64,000 nt of DNA from a bacterium (GTDB taxonomy: Bacteria > Actinomycetota > Acidimicrobiia > Acidimicrobiales > Ilumatobacteraceae). Within the stretch, counting starts at the first letter, position 1. Each line of letters begins with the position of its first letter. The stretch spans positions 3,666 through 67,665 of the forward strand of contig JBKPRL010000136.1 of the NCBI GenBank assembly GCA_046734535.1, in the 5' to 3' direction. Below are positions 33,592 through 43,055 of this stretch, in pieces. The translations under genes and the position numbers were made by a program. A model generated the notes under the pieces. It worked only from the letters and a program-made list of their open reading frames with translations. It was not told the DNA's origin and did no database searches.

Positions 33592-33661
33592 CTCATCTAG
33601 TCTCGTCCAGAGTTACTTGAGTCTGTCTGCTCCTCCAGCCGATCGTAGGAGATGAGGACCG

Positions 33662-34885
33662 ATGGCCGACACCTTCGCCTACCTGACCGGGGCCACGGAC
33701 TTCGAGCCCACCACGGCCTACGAGCACCTCAGGGAGGAGTGCCCGCTCTACCACGAGACGGGCCACCAGCCGCCGTTCTATGTCCTCAGCCGGTTCGAGG
33801 ACGTCGTCAGCGTCCTCAAGCAGCCCACGCTGTGGGAGAACCGCCATGGGCCCGGCGTCTTCTACCAGGAGGCCGGGGTCCTCGGGTCGACCGACAACCC
33901 GGACCACGCCCGCCACCGGCGGGTGCTCCAACCGGCCTTCCTCCCCACCGCCATCGCCCGCCTGGAGCCCAAGGTCGCGGCGGTGGCCGACCAGCTCTTC
34001 GACGAGATCCTCCCCCTCGGTGAGGGCGACTTCGTCGAGCTGTTCGCCGCGCCGTTCCCGGCCAGGGTCATCGGCGAGCTGCTGGGGGTACGTCCCGAGG
34101 ACCAGGACGACTTCCAGCGCTGGAGCCTCACGGCAGTCAGCGCGCTGACGGGCGGTGACGTCGCGGCCTACGAGGCCGCCAAGCGGTCCATCGAGGACTG
34201 CATCGAGGCGCAGGTCGTCGCCCGCGGGGAAGCCCTCGACGCCGCCGACCTCGCCGAAGGCCAAGATCCGCTGGGCACCGTCATCCCAGCCGACGTCAGC
34301 AGCATCCTGCTGCTCGCCGAGCGCGACGGGCTGCTGGAGCGGGCCGAGACCCGCCACCTCGGCTATCAGCTGCTCGTGGCGGGCCACGAGACGACGACCA
34401 GCCTCATCGGTCTCTTGCTCTACCGGCTGCTGGAGCATCCCGAGCTGATGGCCCAGCTGCGAGCCGACCCCAGCCTCATCCCGACCGCCGTCGAGGAGGG
34501 CCTGCGCTTCGACTCCCCGGTCTCCGGCCTGTTCCGCACCAACGCGGCCGACTGCCCGATCAGGGGGGAGACCATCGCCGCGGGCAGCAAGCTCCAGCTG
34601 CTCTACGGTTCGGCCAACCGGGACCCGGAGCGCTTCGAGAAACCGGACGAGTTCCGGCTCGATCGGGAGCCGAACGAGCTGCGCCGCCACGTCGCGTTCG
34701 GGTGGGGCATCCACTTCTGCATCGGCGCGCCGCTGGCCCGCCAGGAGACGAGGATCACCTTCGAGCGGCTCCTCGCCCGCCTGGAGGACATCGAGCTGGC
34801 CGGCGAGCCCCGCCGCAACGAGTCCTTCGTGCTACACGGCCTGACCCGCCTGCCGGTCCGCTGGAAGGTGCGCGTGCAGGACTGA
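33662..34885 (+). CDS. cytochrome P450
   Basis: ORF 33662..34885: heme-thiolate loop FGWGIHFCIGAPLARQE, I-helix LVAGHETT, ExxR (EEGLRFDSP). Confidence 0.9.
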   Translation: MADTFAYLTGATDFEPTTAYEHLREECPLYHETGHQPPFYVLSRFEDVVSVLKQPTLWENRHGPGVFYQEAGVLGSTDNPDHARHRRVLQPAFLPTAIARLEPKVAAVADQLFDEILPLGEGDFVELFAAPFPARVIGELLGVRPEDQDDFQRWSLTAVSALTGGDVAAYEAAKRSIEDCIEAQVVARGEALDAADLAEGQDPLGTVIPADVSSILLLAERDGLLERAETRHLGYQLLVAGHETTTSLIGLLLYRLLEHPELMAQLRADPSLIPTAVEEGLRFDSPVSGLFRTNAADCPIRGETIAAGSKLQLLYGSANRDPERFEKPDEFRLDREPNELRRHVAFGWGIHFCIGAPLARQETRITFERLLARLEDIELAGEPRRNESFVLHGLTRLPVRWKVRVQD

Positions 34886-34894
34886 CCGGCGCGC

Positions 34895-36628
34895 TCACGC
34901 GCCGCCGACGGTGACCGTTCCCTTCGTGCCGTCGACCACGACCTCGACACCGTCCGCGATCAGCCGGGTGGCGTCACGGACGGACACGACGCAGGGGATC
35001 CCGAGCTCGCGGCTGATGATCATGGCGTGGCTCCCGAGGGCTCCGATCTCGGTCACGACCCCGCCGGCGGGGACGAACAGCGGCGTCCAGGCCGGATCGG
35101 TGTTGGCCGTGACGAGGATGTCGCCGGGCTCGAGGGCGAAGGGATCCGACGGGTCCAGGATGATGCGAGCCCGACCGCGGGCCACCCCTCCTGAGCCGGC
35201 GGTCCCCGACAGCACCGTCCCCTCGCCCGCCGCCTGCACGGTGGAGGCGCCCCGCCGGGTCCACGCGTCGAGCGGGCGGGCCGCGTCGATGACCATGAAG
35301 GGCGGCTCGAGCTCATAGAGGGAGAGGAAGTCCTGCTCCCGCTGCCGCAGCACCTCGGTGAAGGCCTCGGGCTCGTGACGGAAGTGGTCGAGCTCGTCCT
35401 CCACGAGGAAGAACACCTGGTCGGGCCGGTCGAGCGCGCTCCGCTCCACCATCCGGCGACCGACCTCGAGCATGCAGGCCCGGATCTCGCCGATCACCTT
35501 GATGCAGTTGGTCTTGTAGCGCTCGCGCGCCGGCAGGAAGACGTCGGAGGAGCGCATCGCCGCGTCGAAGGTGGCGAGCGCCTCCGCGTCGCCGGCCAGC
35601 CGCTCCCGCACCTCGGCGGTCGCCCGGCCGCGGTCGGCCACCGCCTCGTCGTGCCGGTCGGTCGGGGAGGCGGAGTCGTCCGCCGCGGTCATGCGCTCGA
35701 TGGCGGCCAGCGCCATCTGCGGATCGGTCTCCCACGTCCGCGCCCGCAGGTCCCACTCGTTGGGGCCGCGGGAGCCGAAGTCGTGCACGAAGCGCGCGAA
35801 CGCCTCCTGGAACGCCCGCGCCCCATCGGAGGTCAGCGCGGCGAGCCGGTCGGGCAGGCCGTCGATGCCGGCCGCCAGCTCCCGGGTGACGTCGTCCGAC
35901 CGGCGGGCAAGCCGCGACAGCTCCCACATCGCGAACGACGGCTTGGCCGAGTCGACCTCGATGCCGCCGAGGAGGCGGATGGTCAGCGAGGGATCACCCA
36001 GGCCGGCCGTGATCGCACCCAGCGCCCCTGGGCCCACCGACGCCCCGAGCGACGCCCAGATCGACGTCTCGAACATCTGCTGCAGGTAGGGGCGGAGGGC
36101 CCGGGCCCGGGCCAGCAGCGCGCCGAGGTTCAGGGTCGACAGGTCGGGCCGCTCCTCCCGCAGCCGGTCGGCGAGAACCTTCTCCTCGTCGACCTCCCGG
36201 AGCGCGTCGGTGGACATCACCCAACCCAGGCTCTCGGCCAGCTTGGCGGCGTGCTTCGCGCTCTCGTGCCACGGCTCGGCGACGTACGGCGGGATCTCGG
36301 GGTTCGGGTCGAAGTAGGCGCGGTCGATGTCCTCTGGCGACGCGCCCGGCAGCCGCGCCCCCATCAAGCGCACGATCGACAGGGGGTTGTAGACGTAGCC
36401 GCCGAACAGTCCGAAGCACTCCGGATCCTCCGGGGTCTCGAACTCGTCCCAGTCGACGAGCCCGAACACGATGAAGCCGTCACGGGCGCCGGGCGAGATC
36501 GCACCCTCCCACAGGAACGTCCACCCGAGCGGGCTCACCGGGTCGGCGAGGACGTCGGCGGCGTTGCCGCGGGTGTAGTACGGGAAGCGCGCCCCGACGC
36601 GACGGTCCGTGAACCACCGATCCTCCAT
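34895..36628 (-). CDS. PEP-utilising-enzyme mobile (swivel His) domain protein, no ATP-grasp domain
   Basis: ATG 36628 inside ORF 34895..36733. The C-terminus GVARGRARII...GDILVTANTDPAWTPLF...TEIGALGSHAMIISRELGIPCVV is the phosphohistidine swivel domain. The N-terminal ~470 aa is of unclear family. Confidence 0.75.
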   Translation of the reverse strand: MEDRWFTDRRVGARFPYYTRGNAADVLADPVSPLGWTFLWEGAISPGARDGFIVFGLVDWDEFETPEDPECFGLFGGYVYNPLSIVRLMGARLPGASPEDIDRAYFDPNPEIPPYVAEPWHESAKHAAKLAESLGWVMSTDALREVDEEKVLADRLREERPDLSTLNLGALLARARALRPYLQQMFETSIWASLGASVGPGALGAITAGLGDPSLTIRLLGGIEVDSAKPSFAMWELSRLARRSDDVTRELAAGIDGLPDRLAALTSDGARAFQEAFARFVHDFGSRGPNEWDLRARTWETDPQMALAAIERMTAADDSASPTDRHDEAVADRGRATAEVRERLAGDAEALATFDAAMRSSDVFLPARERYKTNCIKVIGEIRACMLEVGRRMVERSALDRPDQVFFLVEDELDHFRHEPEAFTEVLRQREQDFLSLYELEPPFMVIDAARPLDAWTRRGASTVQAAGEGTVLSGTAGSGGVARGRARIILDPSDPFALEPGDILVTANTDPAWTPLFVPAGGVVTEIGALGSHAMIISRELGIPCVVSVRDATRLIADGVEVVVDGTKGTVTVGGA

Positions 36629-36720
36629 GCATCCCCCCAACAGGCAGGCCGGTCCGGAGCGCCGGCAGCACCAGCGGAACGTAGCCGGTCCGCCCGGAGC
36701 AGCGCGCTGGGCGCTCGCTG

Positions 36721-36726
36721 TAGTCT
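36721..36726 (+). promoter_or_regulatory. candidate -10 box TAGTCT, 9 nt upstream of ATG 36736
   Basis: TANNNT hexamer with no SD between it and the start. Confidence 0.3.
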
Positions 36727-36735
36727 CTGTCAAGT

Positions 36736-37527
36736 ATGACCCTGATGGACGAGTTCCGGATGGACGACCGCGTGGCCGTCGTGACCGGTTCCGGACAGGG
36801 CATCGGGCGGGCGATCGCGTGGGGTCTGGCGGACGCCGGGTGCGACATCGCGATCAACGCTCGCCGGCAGGCCGACCTGGACGAGACCGCCAAGGGCGTG
36901 ACCGACCGCGGGCGACGCGCGCTGGTCGACGCCGCTGACATCCGTGACCATTCGGAGGAGCTGGCGGAGCGGACCGTGGCCGAGCTCGGGCGCCTCGACG
37001 TCTGGGTCAGCAACGTCGGCGGCTCCGACGAGAAGACCGTCCGGGAGCTGAGCGACACCCCGGACGACGTCTTCCGCTCGCAGCTCGAGCTCAACCTCAC
37101 CACCGCGTTCCAGGGCGCCAAGGCGGCCGCGGGCCACATGGGACCCGGTGGCGTCATCATCAACATCGCGTCGGGCGCCGGGACCCGAGGCTCGCCCCGG
37201 ACCGGCCCGTACGCCGCGGCCAAGGCCGGGATGCTCAACATGACCGAGACGCTGGCCCTGGAGCTGGGGCCGCGGGGCATCCGGGTCAACGCGGTGTCGC
37301 CGGGACCAGTGATCACGGAGGCGTTCCTCGAGGTGCTCGGCATCGGCGACCGCCTCGGGGAGCTCGAGCGCACGATCCCCCTCGGACGTCTCGGGACGCC
37401 CGACGACATCGCCGCCGCCGTGGTCTACCTGGCGTCTCCCGCCGCGTCCTGGGTGACCGGTCAGAACCTTCTGGTCGCCGGCGGCCGCACCCAACGCAGC
37501 TACCAGTACGAACCCCGCCGCGACTGA
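36736..37527 (+). CDS. SDR oxidoreductase
   Basis: ORF 36736..37527: DRVAVVTGSGQGIGRA...YAAAKAGMLN. Confidence 0.85.
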   Translation: MTLMDEFRMDDRVAVVTGSGQGIGRAIAWGLADAGCDIAINARRQADLDETAKGVTDRGRRALVDAADIRDHSEELAERTVAELGRLDVWVSNVGGSDEKTVRELSDTPDDVFRSQLELNLTTAFQGAKAAAGHMGPGGVIINIASGAGTRGSPRTGPYAAAKAGMLNMTETLALELGPRGIRVNAVSPGPVITEAFLEVLGIGDRLGELERTIPLGRLGTPDDIAAAVVYLASPAASWVTGQNLLVAGGRTQRSYQYEPRRD

Positions 37528-37544
37528 GAGCCGAGGAGGCCACC

Positions 37545-38057
37545 GTGCCCGACTACACCGACAGCTACGAGGACGTGTCGAAGTTCTCGCTCGCCGCCGA
37601 CCGGGAGAAGGCGCTCCTGGACGCCCAGACGGAGTGCTGCTTCATGTGGACGACCAAGGACGGTGATCCCGTGGGCGTCATCATGAACTACCTGGTGAAG
37701 GACGACCGGTTCTGGGTCACGTGCACCCGCCGCCGCAAGCGGGTCGCCGCGGTCGAGGCCCGCCCCCGCGTGGCCATCGCCATCACCAGCCGGGGCACGC
37801 AGATCGGCGTCAGCCAGGCCGTCACCTACAAGGGCACCGCGGTCGTCCACGACGACCCGGAGACGAGCGGCTGGTTCTACCAGGCGTTGGCCGCCCGGGT
37901 GCGCCCGGAGAGCGCCGAGCAGCAGGCGGCCTTCGTCCACCACCTCGACACGGAGGGAAGGGTCGTCATCGAGATCGTGCCCGACACGCGGATCGGCTTC
38001 GACGCCGAGGAGATGTTCCGGGACTCGCCCGCCGGACCGAGCCGTACCGAGGTCTGA
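37545..38057 (+). CDS. PPOX-class flavoprotein (paralogue of 32998..33591)
   Basis: ORF 37545..38057 (GTG): LLDAQTECCFMWTTKDGDPVGVIMNYLVKDDRFWVTCTRRRKRVAAVEARP. Confidence 0.75.
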   Translation: MPDYTDSYEDVSKFSLAADREKALLDAQTECCFMWTTKDGDPVGVIMNYLVKDDRFWVTCTRRRKRVAAVEARPRVAIAITSRGTQIGVSQAVTYKGTAVVHDDPETSGWFYQALAARVRPESAEQQAAFVHHLDTEGRVVIEIVPDTRIGFDAEEMFRDSPAGPSRTEV

Positions 38058-38066
38058 TGCCGCCCG

Positions 38067-38822
38067 CTACGGCGGGTCGGTCACCAGCGCGGCGCGCAGC
38101 CGGTCCACCGCATCCGGGCTGACGCCGAGCGCCACGGGCCAAGCCGTCAACGACCCGTGGGCCTCGACGGCCCGCTGCGCGAAGAGCGCCATCGCCTCGG
38201 CCGGCGCGGCCCACAGGTACGCCGGCGACCGGGCGACGGGCGGATCGCCGGGGATCGGTTGGTCGACCATCACCTGGCGGCGGCGTTGCGAGGGCACGTC
38301 CGAGAGCGCGTACTCCGCGACGATGTCGTCCAGAGCGACGCCGATGGCCGCCTGCACGAGGGCCACGACCATCCCCGTGCGGTCCTTCCCCGCCGCGCAG
38401 TGGACCATCACGGGACCGTCGCCGATGAAACGGGCGATGGTCTCGATGGCTTCGACCAGGGGCTCCCGACCCCGGTGAGCCATGTCCTCGTAGAGCCCGG
38501 CGATGTCGTGGGGCTCCTCGATGCGGGGAGGGTCGTCGGTGTTGATGACCCGATCGACGATCGGGATGTGGAACGTGATCGTGCGATCGACGAAACCCGG
38601 ACCGCGGTCGAACTGGCTCTGCTGGCGAAGGTCGACGACGGCCTTCAGCCCGAGCCCCTCGATGGCCCGACGACCCTCGGGCGTGATGCGGACCGGATCG
38701 TCGGCGCGGTACAGGGCCCCGGTGCGCATCCAGCGGCCGTCGGTAGTGCCCCAACCGCCGGCGTCGCGGACGTTGAAGCAGCCGTCGATGTCGACGTGGC
38801 CGGACGGCACCTCAGCGGTCAT
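38067..38822 (-). CDS. protein-tyrosine-phosphatase-like (CX5R) phosphatase
   Basis: ORF 38067..38822: FNVRDAGG...LYRADD...VVDLR...VHCAAGKDRTG (CX5R P-loop). Confidence 0.8.
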   Translation of the reverse strand: MTAEVPSGHVDIDGCFNVRDAGGWGTTDGRWMRTGALYRADDPVRITPEGRRAIEGLGLKAVVDLRQQSQFDRGPGFVDRTITFHIPIVDRVINTDDPPRIEEPHDIAGLYEDMAHRGREPLVEAIETIARFIGDGPVMVHCAAGKDRTGMVVALVQAAIGVALDDIVAEYALSDVPSQRRRQVMVDQPIPGDPPVARSPAYLWAAPAEAMALFAQRAVEAHGSLTAWPVALGVSPDAVDRLRAALVTDPP

Positions 38823-38851
38823 CGCGCCCCGCCCCGTGCGAGACTCGACCG

Positions 38852-39361
38852 ATCGACGACGCCATCGAACGCCTTCTCGACGAACAGGCCATCCGGCGGC
38901 TGCTGGTCGACTACTGCCGCGGCGTCGACCGCGGTGACCAGGCTCTCGTAGCGTCCGTCTACCACCCCGACGCCACCGATGACCACGGCCGCTTCAAGGG
39001 GACGGGGTTCGACTTCGCGGCCTACGCGGTGCCCCGACTGCGGGAGCGGTACCAGGGCACGATGCACTCGATCACCAACACGGTGATCGACTTCGGCGGC
39101 CCCGACCTCGCGCACGTCGAGAGCCACGTGTGCGCCCGGCACTGGCGGGAGGACGGGGCGGGATCGTGGATGGAGACCTTCGGCGGGCGCTACGTCGACC
39201 GCTTCGAGCGCCGCGGCGGCGAGTGGAAGATCGCCGATCGCGTGGTCGTGCACGAGTGGAGCACCCTGGAGCCGGTCACGGCGGCCTTTCCGGCCGAGCG
39301 CTTCGTCCAGGGCCGGCGGGATGGCGACGACCCGTCCTACCAGGGGCGGGGAGGCACCTGA
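38852..39361 (+). CDS. SnoaL_4-like NTF2-fold protein, start codon unresolved (possible frameshift or non-canonical start)
   Basis: The ORF track starts at GTG 39029. The same frame stays open and protein-like back to the stop at 38774: ..ETRPIDDAIERLLDEQAIRRLLVDYCRGVDRGDQALVASVYHPDATDDHG.., a typical NTF2 N-terminus. No in-frame ATG, GTG or TTG exists there. ATC 38852 is used as a placeholder start. Confidence 0.5.
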   Translation: MDDAIERLLDEQAIRRLLVDYCRGVDRGDQALVASVYHPDATDDHGRFKGTGFDFAAYAVPRLRERYQGTMHSITNTVIDFGGPDLAHVESHVCARHWREDGAGSWMETFGGRYVDRFERRGGEWKIADRVVVHEWSTLEPVTAAFPAERFVQGRRDGDDPSYQGRGGT

Positions 39362-39393
39362 GCGCCCCTCCGGCGAGCACTCGTCAACGACCC

Positions 39394-40248
39394 TCACCCG
39401 GCGATTCCGGCTTCGACCAGCACCGACCGCATGCCGTCCGCAGCGCGGCGCGCCGCCTCGTCGGCCGGCGCGGCCCAGAGCTCGGTCGAGCAGACCTCGA
39501 CCGCGATCGGCGCCGTCACCCCCATCCCGTCGAGCAGCTGCACGAAGCCGACGCAGTCGAACTCTCCCTCGCCCGGCGGCACCCGCGATTGCAGGCAGTC
39601 CACGTAGTAGTCGTCGATGGTCGGCTCGAGGGTCCCATCGTTCATCTGCACGCAGAAGACCCGCTCGCCCGTGAGGGCGCGGATCTGGTCCGGGTCGTTG
39701 GCGCCGCGGGTGTGGTGCCAGATGTCGACACAACAGCCCGCGTTCGGGCGGTCGGTGGCGTCGAGGAGCTCCTTCGCCTCGGCCGCGGTGCGGATGTTGG
39801 TGAAGGGCAGGAACTCCACGCCGACCAGCAGACCGTGCGCCGCGGCGCGGTCGCAGAGCGCGGCGAAGGCCGGCCCTGCGTCGGCCAGTGTGCCCTCGTA
39901 CGGACCGACGGCTTGGAGGTACCGGCAGCCGAACTCGTCGGCCATCTCGTAGGCGAGGTCCTCCAGCTCGCGGCACTGCTCTGACGCCTCTCCGGGCGGA
40001 CTGGACCATCCCTTCACGACCTCGATCTCGGCCACCACCAGGTTGTGGTCCTCCAGCTGCGCGCGGAGGTCGGCGGGCGAGCGGCCCTCCTCGTCGCGGA
40101 GCCGCTGGTACTCGGGCGCGTAGAGGCCGATCCCGTCGAAGCCGGCCGCCGACGCGGCCGCCAGGCGCTCGTCGAAGTCGCCGAAGCGCGGTCGGCTGAA
40201 GTGCGACCAGATCAGATCCGGCCACGCCAGCTCACGGGCGGTGCGCAC
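39394..40248 (-). CDS. sugar-phosphate isomerase/epimerase (TIM barrel) family protein
   Basis: ORF 39394..40248 (GTG): AAGFDGIGLYAPEY...LLVGVEFLPFTNI...CCVDIWHHTRG...IAVEVCS. Confidence 0.75.
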   Translation of the reverse strand: MRTARELAWPDLIWSHFSRPRFGDFDERLAAASAAGFDGIGLYAPEYQRLRDEEGRSPADLRAQLEDHNLVVAEIEVVKGWSSPPGEASEQCRELEDLAYEMADEFGCRYLQAVGPYEGTLADAGPAFAALCDRAAAHGLLVGVEFLPFTNIRTAAEAKELLDATDRPNAGCCVDIWHHTRGANDPDQIRALTGERVFCVQMNDGTLEPTIDDYYVDCLQSRVPPGEGEFDCVGFVQLLDGMGVTAPIAVEVCSTELWAAPADEAARRAADGMRSVLVEAGIAG

Positions 40249-40300
40249 GATGGCTCCTCCGGGCGTTCCGAGGGCGTTCGTCGCCCAGTGACGGCAAAAC

Positions 40301-40320
40301 TAGTCTTCCTCTTAAGAAAC
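40301..40320 (+). promoter_or_regulatory. TAGTCT -10-like box followed by TTAAGAAAC motif
   Basis: Read directly. The motif ends 26 nt before GTG 40347. Confidence 0.3.
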
Positions 40321-40346
40321 GTGCCAAAGGGTCCCGGGAGGTCCAC

Positions 40347-41186
40347 GTGCAGTTCGGTTTCACCGCAGCCCAGTCCAACTGCACCTGGGACGAGCTCGCC
40401 GCGGTCTGGGACGCCGCCGACGACATCGACCTCTACCGGACCGGCTGGACCTACGACCACTTCTACCCGCTGCGGACGGGGCCTGAGGAGCCGACGCTCG
40501 AGGGTTGGACCGCGCTGGCCATGCTCCTCGCCCGCACGCGGCGCCTACGTGGCGGGGTGCTCGTGAGCGGGGCCCCGTACCGGCACCCGGCCGTCCTGGC
40601 CAACATGGCCGTCACGGTCGACATCGCGTCCGGCGGCCGCCTGGAGCTGGGGATCGGCGCCGGGTGGTTCGAGGCCGAGTGCGAGGCCTACGGCATCGAG
40701 CTCGGCTCGATCACGGAGCGCTTCGACCGGTTCGAGGAGTCCCTGGCGGTCACCCACTCGCTGCTCACCGAGCCGACGACCACCTTCTCCGGCCGCTACT
40801 ACCAGCTCACCGACGCGTACTGCGAGCCGAAGGCCACGCAGTCCCCGCACCCGCCGTTCGTGCTCGGCGGAAAGGGCGAGCGCCGGTTCCTCCCCCTCGT
40901 CGCCCGCTTCGCCGACCACTGGAACTACTCCGGGGAGGATCCGGCTGAGCTCCGCCGGCTGCGGGGCCGGCTCGCCGAGCTGTGCGAGGCCGAGGGTCGG
41001 CGGCTGGAGGACCTCACGATCTCCGCGATCGTGCGTCCCACGCCGCAGGACCCGCCGGCGATGCTCGACCAGGTCGCAGCCTTCGCCGACGCCGGCGCGA
41101 CCATGGTGTTCGTAGGACTCCCCCGGCCGTACGACCCGCGGATCCTCGAGCCCCTGGCCACTCAGCTGTCGCCCCTGGCGCCCTGA
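40347..41186 (+). CDS. LLM-class F420-dependent oxidoreductase
   Basis: ORF 40347..41186 (GTG, RBS GGGAGG): MQFGFTAAQ...GWTYDHFYP...GGRLELGIGAGWFEAE. Confidence 0.85.
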   Translation: MQFGFTAAQSNCTWDELAAVWDAADDIDLYRTGWTYDHFYPLRTGPEEPTLEGWTALAMLLARTRRLRGGVLVSGAPYRHPAVLANMAVTVDIASGGRLELGIGAGWFEAECEAYGIELGSITERFDRFEESLAVTHSLLTEPTTTFSGRYYQLTDAYCEPKATQSPHPPFVLGGKGERRFLPLVARFADHWNYSGEDPAELRRLRGRLAELCEAEGRRLEDLTISAIVRPTPQDPPAMLDQVAAFADAGATMVFVGLPRPYDPRILEPLATQLSPLAP

Positions 41187-41213
41187 CGCGGCGCGCCGGC
41201 CCGGGTGCGCAGG

Positions 41214-42257
41214 TCAGCCGTTGGGGAGGATGACCGCCCGCCCGTCGAGCGTGCCGCCCTCGAGCGCGGCGAAGGCGTCCGGGATCTGGTCGAAGCCGAA
41301 GGTCGTGACGGTCGGCTCGAGGACGCCGGCCCGGGCCAGCGCGATCACGTCGCGGAGGTCGGTGATGCTTCCCCACATCGACGTGGCCAGCTCGACCTCG
41401 AACCGCGTCGCCCACATCGTGTACGGGATGGCACCACCAGCCGCGCCGACCAGCATGATCCGCGAGCCGGCGCGGGCCGTGGCGAACGCCAGCGCGAGTG
41501 TCTGCTCCGACCCGACCAGGTCCAGGCTCAAGTCGACGCCCAGGCCCTCGGTCAGCTCCCGGATGGTGTCCGCCGCATCCGGCCCGGGCGCGACGACGTG
41601 GTGCGCGCCGAGCGAGGTGGCCAGTGCGCGGGCCTCGGGCCGCGAGTCGACGGCGACGACGGTCGCCGGCGACACCGCCCGGAGGATCTGCACAGCGAGG
41701 TGACCGAGCCCTCCGACGCCGATCACGGTCACCACGGAGCCCGGTGTCAGGACCCGCTGCGAGCGCCTGATGGCCCGGTACGGCGTGACCGCGGCGTCCG
41801 TCAGCGGTGCGGCTCGCACCGGGTCCAGGTCGCCCAGCGACGCCAGCTGCCGCGGGCTGTCCACCAGCATGTACGGCGCCATCCCGCCGTCGACGCCCAG
41901 CCCCCAACCGGCACCGGGCAGGTCAGCCACGTGGTCGCAGATGTTCTCGTCGCCCGTCTGGCACCGGGCGCACGAACCACAGCCGAGCGGACCGTAGACC
42001 GCCACCGCCTCGCCGACCTCGAAGCCGGTCGCGCCCGGTCCCAGCGCCTCGACCCAGCCCGCGTTCTCGTGGCCCAGGGTGAAGGGGAGCTCGGCGTTGA
42101 ACACGCCGGCGTCGAACTCGTGGATGACGTGCACGTCGGAGTGGCAGATGCCGGCGGCACCGACCTTCACCAGGACCTGCCCCGGACCGGGATCCGGCTG
42201 AGGGACCTCTTGGTACTCCGGGGTCGTCTTCCACGCGGTCATCCGGTAGGCCTTCAC
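41214..42257 (-). CDS. zinc-dependent alcohol dehydrogenase (MDR family)
   Basis: GTG 42257 inside ORF 41214..42530 (RBS AAAGGGGA): VKAYRMTAW...GICHSDVH...GHENAG...CGSCARC...VIGVGGLGH. Confidence 0.85.
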   Translation of the reverse strand: MKAYRMTAWKTTPEYQEVPQPDPGPGQVLVKVGAAGICHSDVHVIHEFDAGVFNAELPFTLGHENAGWVEALGPGATGFEVGEAVAVYGPLGCGSCARCQTGDENICDHVADLPGAGWGLGVDGGMAPYMLVDSPRQLASLGDLDPVRAAPLTDAAVTPYRAIRRSQRVLTPGSVVTVIGVGGLGHLAVQILRAVSPATVVAVDSRPEARALATSLGAHHVVAPGPDAADTIRELTEGLGVDLSLDLVGSEQTLALAFATARAGSRIMLVGAAGGAIPYTMWATRFEVELATSMWGSITDLRDVIALARAGVLEPTVTTFGFDQIPDAFAALEGGTLDGRAVILPNG

Positions 42258-42283
42258 CGATGTCCCCTTTCGCGGCAGTGCCC

Positions 42284-42295
42284 GTTTCTTGACAC
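42284..42295 (-). promoter_or_regulatory. 12-mer GTGTCAAGAAAC (gene-sense), 26 nt upstream of the ADH start
   Basis: The + strand reads GTTTCTTGACAC, identical to 51105..51116. Confidence 0.3.
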
Positions 42296-42354
42296 AGGCT
42301 CGACTTTCGGGAGCGTAGCCGCCGCTCGGGGACCCTTCGGCGGGCCGCCCAGGA

Positions 42355-42960
42355 TCAGGCCGCCGACGGCTCCGGCTCGAGCTGGGCGAGGTGCGCGCGC
42401 ACCATGGCCAGCTGCTCCTCGGCCGGCCAGCGGTCGGGCTCGAAGATGGCCTGGAGCGCGATGCCGTCCAGGACCGCGACGAGGCGCAGCGCCTCGCGCC
42501 CGGTGTCCACGCCGACGCAGCGGCCCGCATCCTGCTCGGTCCGCAAGGCTGCCTCGATGGCGGCGACGAAGGTCCGGTGCCGCTCCAGCTTGATGGCGCT
42601 CAGCTCCTCGTCGCCGATGGCGGCCCCCCAGAACGCCAGCCACACCTTCCAGCTCGCGGCCCGCTCGGCATCCAGCGGCAGCGCGGCCTCGATGATGGCC
42701 GGCAAGGCCGCCACGCCCGCGGACACCGCGGCATCGATCCGCTGCCTGGCCAGGTCAGCGCGTGAGCGGAAGGTGGCGATCATGAGCTCCCGCTTGTCGA
42801 CGAAGTAGTGGCTGACGATCCCGGTGGTCCAACCGCCAGCGCGCGCGATGTCACGCAGCGTTACGCGCTCCAGGCCGACCCGGGCGACCTCGCGGGCCGT
42901 GACCTCGATGAGCTCGGCCCTGCGCTGCTCGGTCCTGCCCTGCTCGGCTCGACGGCCCAT
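42355..42960 (-). CDS. TetR-family transcriptional regulator
   Basis: ORF 42355..42960: RAELIEVTAREVARVGLERVTLRDIARAGGWTTGIVSHYFVDKRELM. Paralogue of 57321..57923. Confidence 0.85.
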   Translation of the reverse strand: MGRRAEQGRTEQRRAELIEVTAREVARVGLERVTLRDIARAGGWTTGIVSHYFVDKRELMIATFRSRADLARQRIDAAVSAGVAALPAIIEAALPLDAERAASWKVWLAFWGAAIGDEELSAIKLERHRTFVAAIEAALRTEQDAGRCVGVDTGREALRLVAVLDGIALQAIFEPDRWPAEEQLAMVRAHLAQLEPEPSAA

Positions 42961-43030
42961 CCACCCTCCGGTCCGGCGCTGGCGCGGGTCACGTTGGCCT
43001 TGCGCGGCGACCGGTCGCCCCGTACTCTAG

Positions 43031-43045
43031 TCACAACGGTTGTGA
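43031..43045. promoter_or_regulatory. perfect 15-bp palindrome TCACAACGGTTGTGA (candidate TetR operator)
   Basis: Lies in the 180-bp divergent region between TetR 42355..42960 and Rieske 43141. Confidence 0.45.
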
Positions 43046-43055
43046 TGTCAATCCG

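Noticed and set aside
42289-42294. TTGACA inside GTTTCTTGACAC (also at 51110..51115) as a sigma-70 -35 box
   Set aside because: No TANNNT -10 lies 16-19 nt downstream on the + strand. At 42.3 kb, + strand transcription would run antisense into the TetR gene. The 12-mer is therefore treated as a motif of unknown role.
43031-43045. Calling the palindrome a canonical KstR box
   Set aside because: The remembered KstR consensus TnnAACnnGTTnnA has two central bases. This site has AAC-g-GTT with one, so I claim only a loose resemblance.
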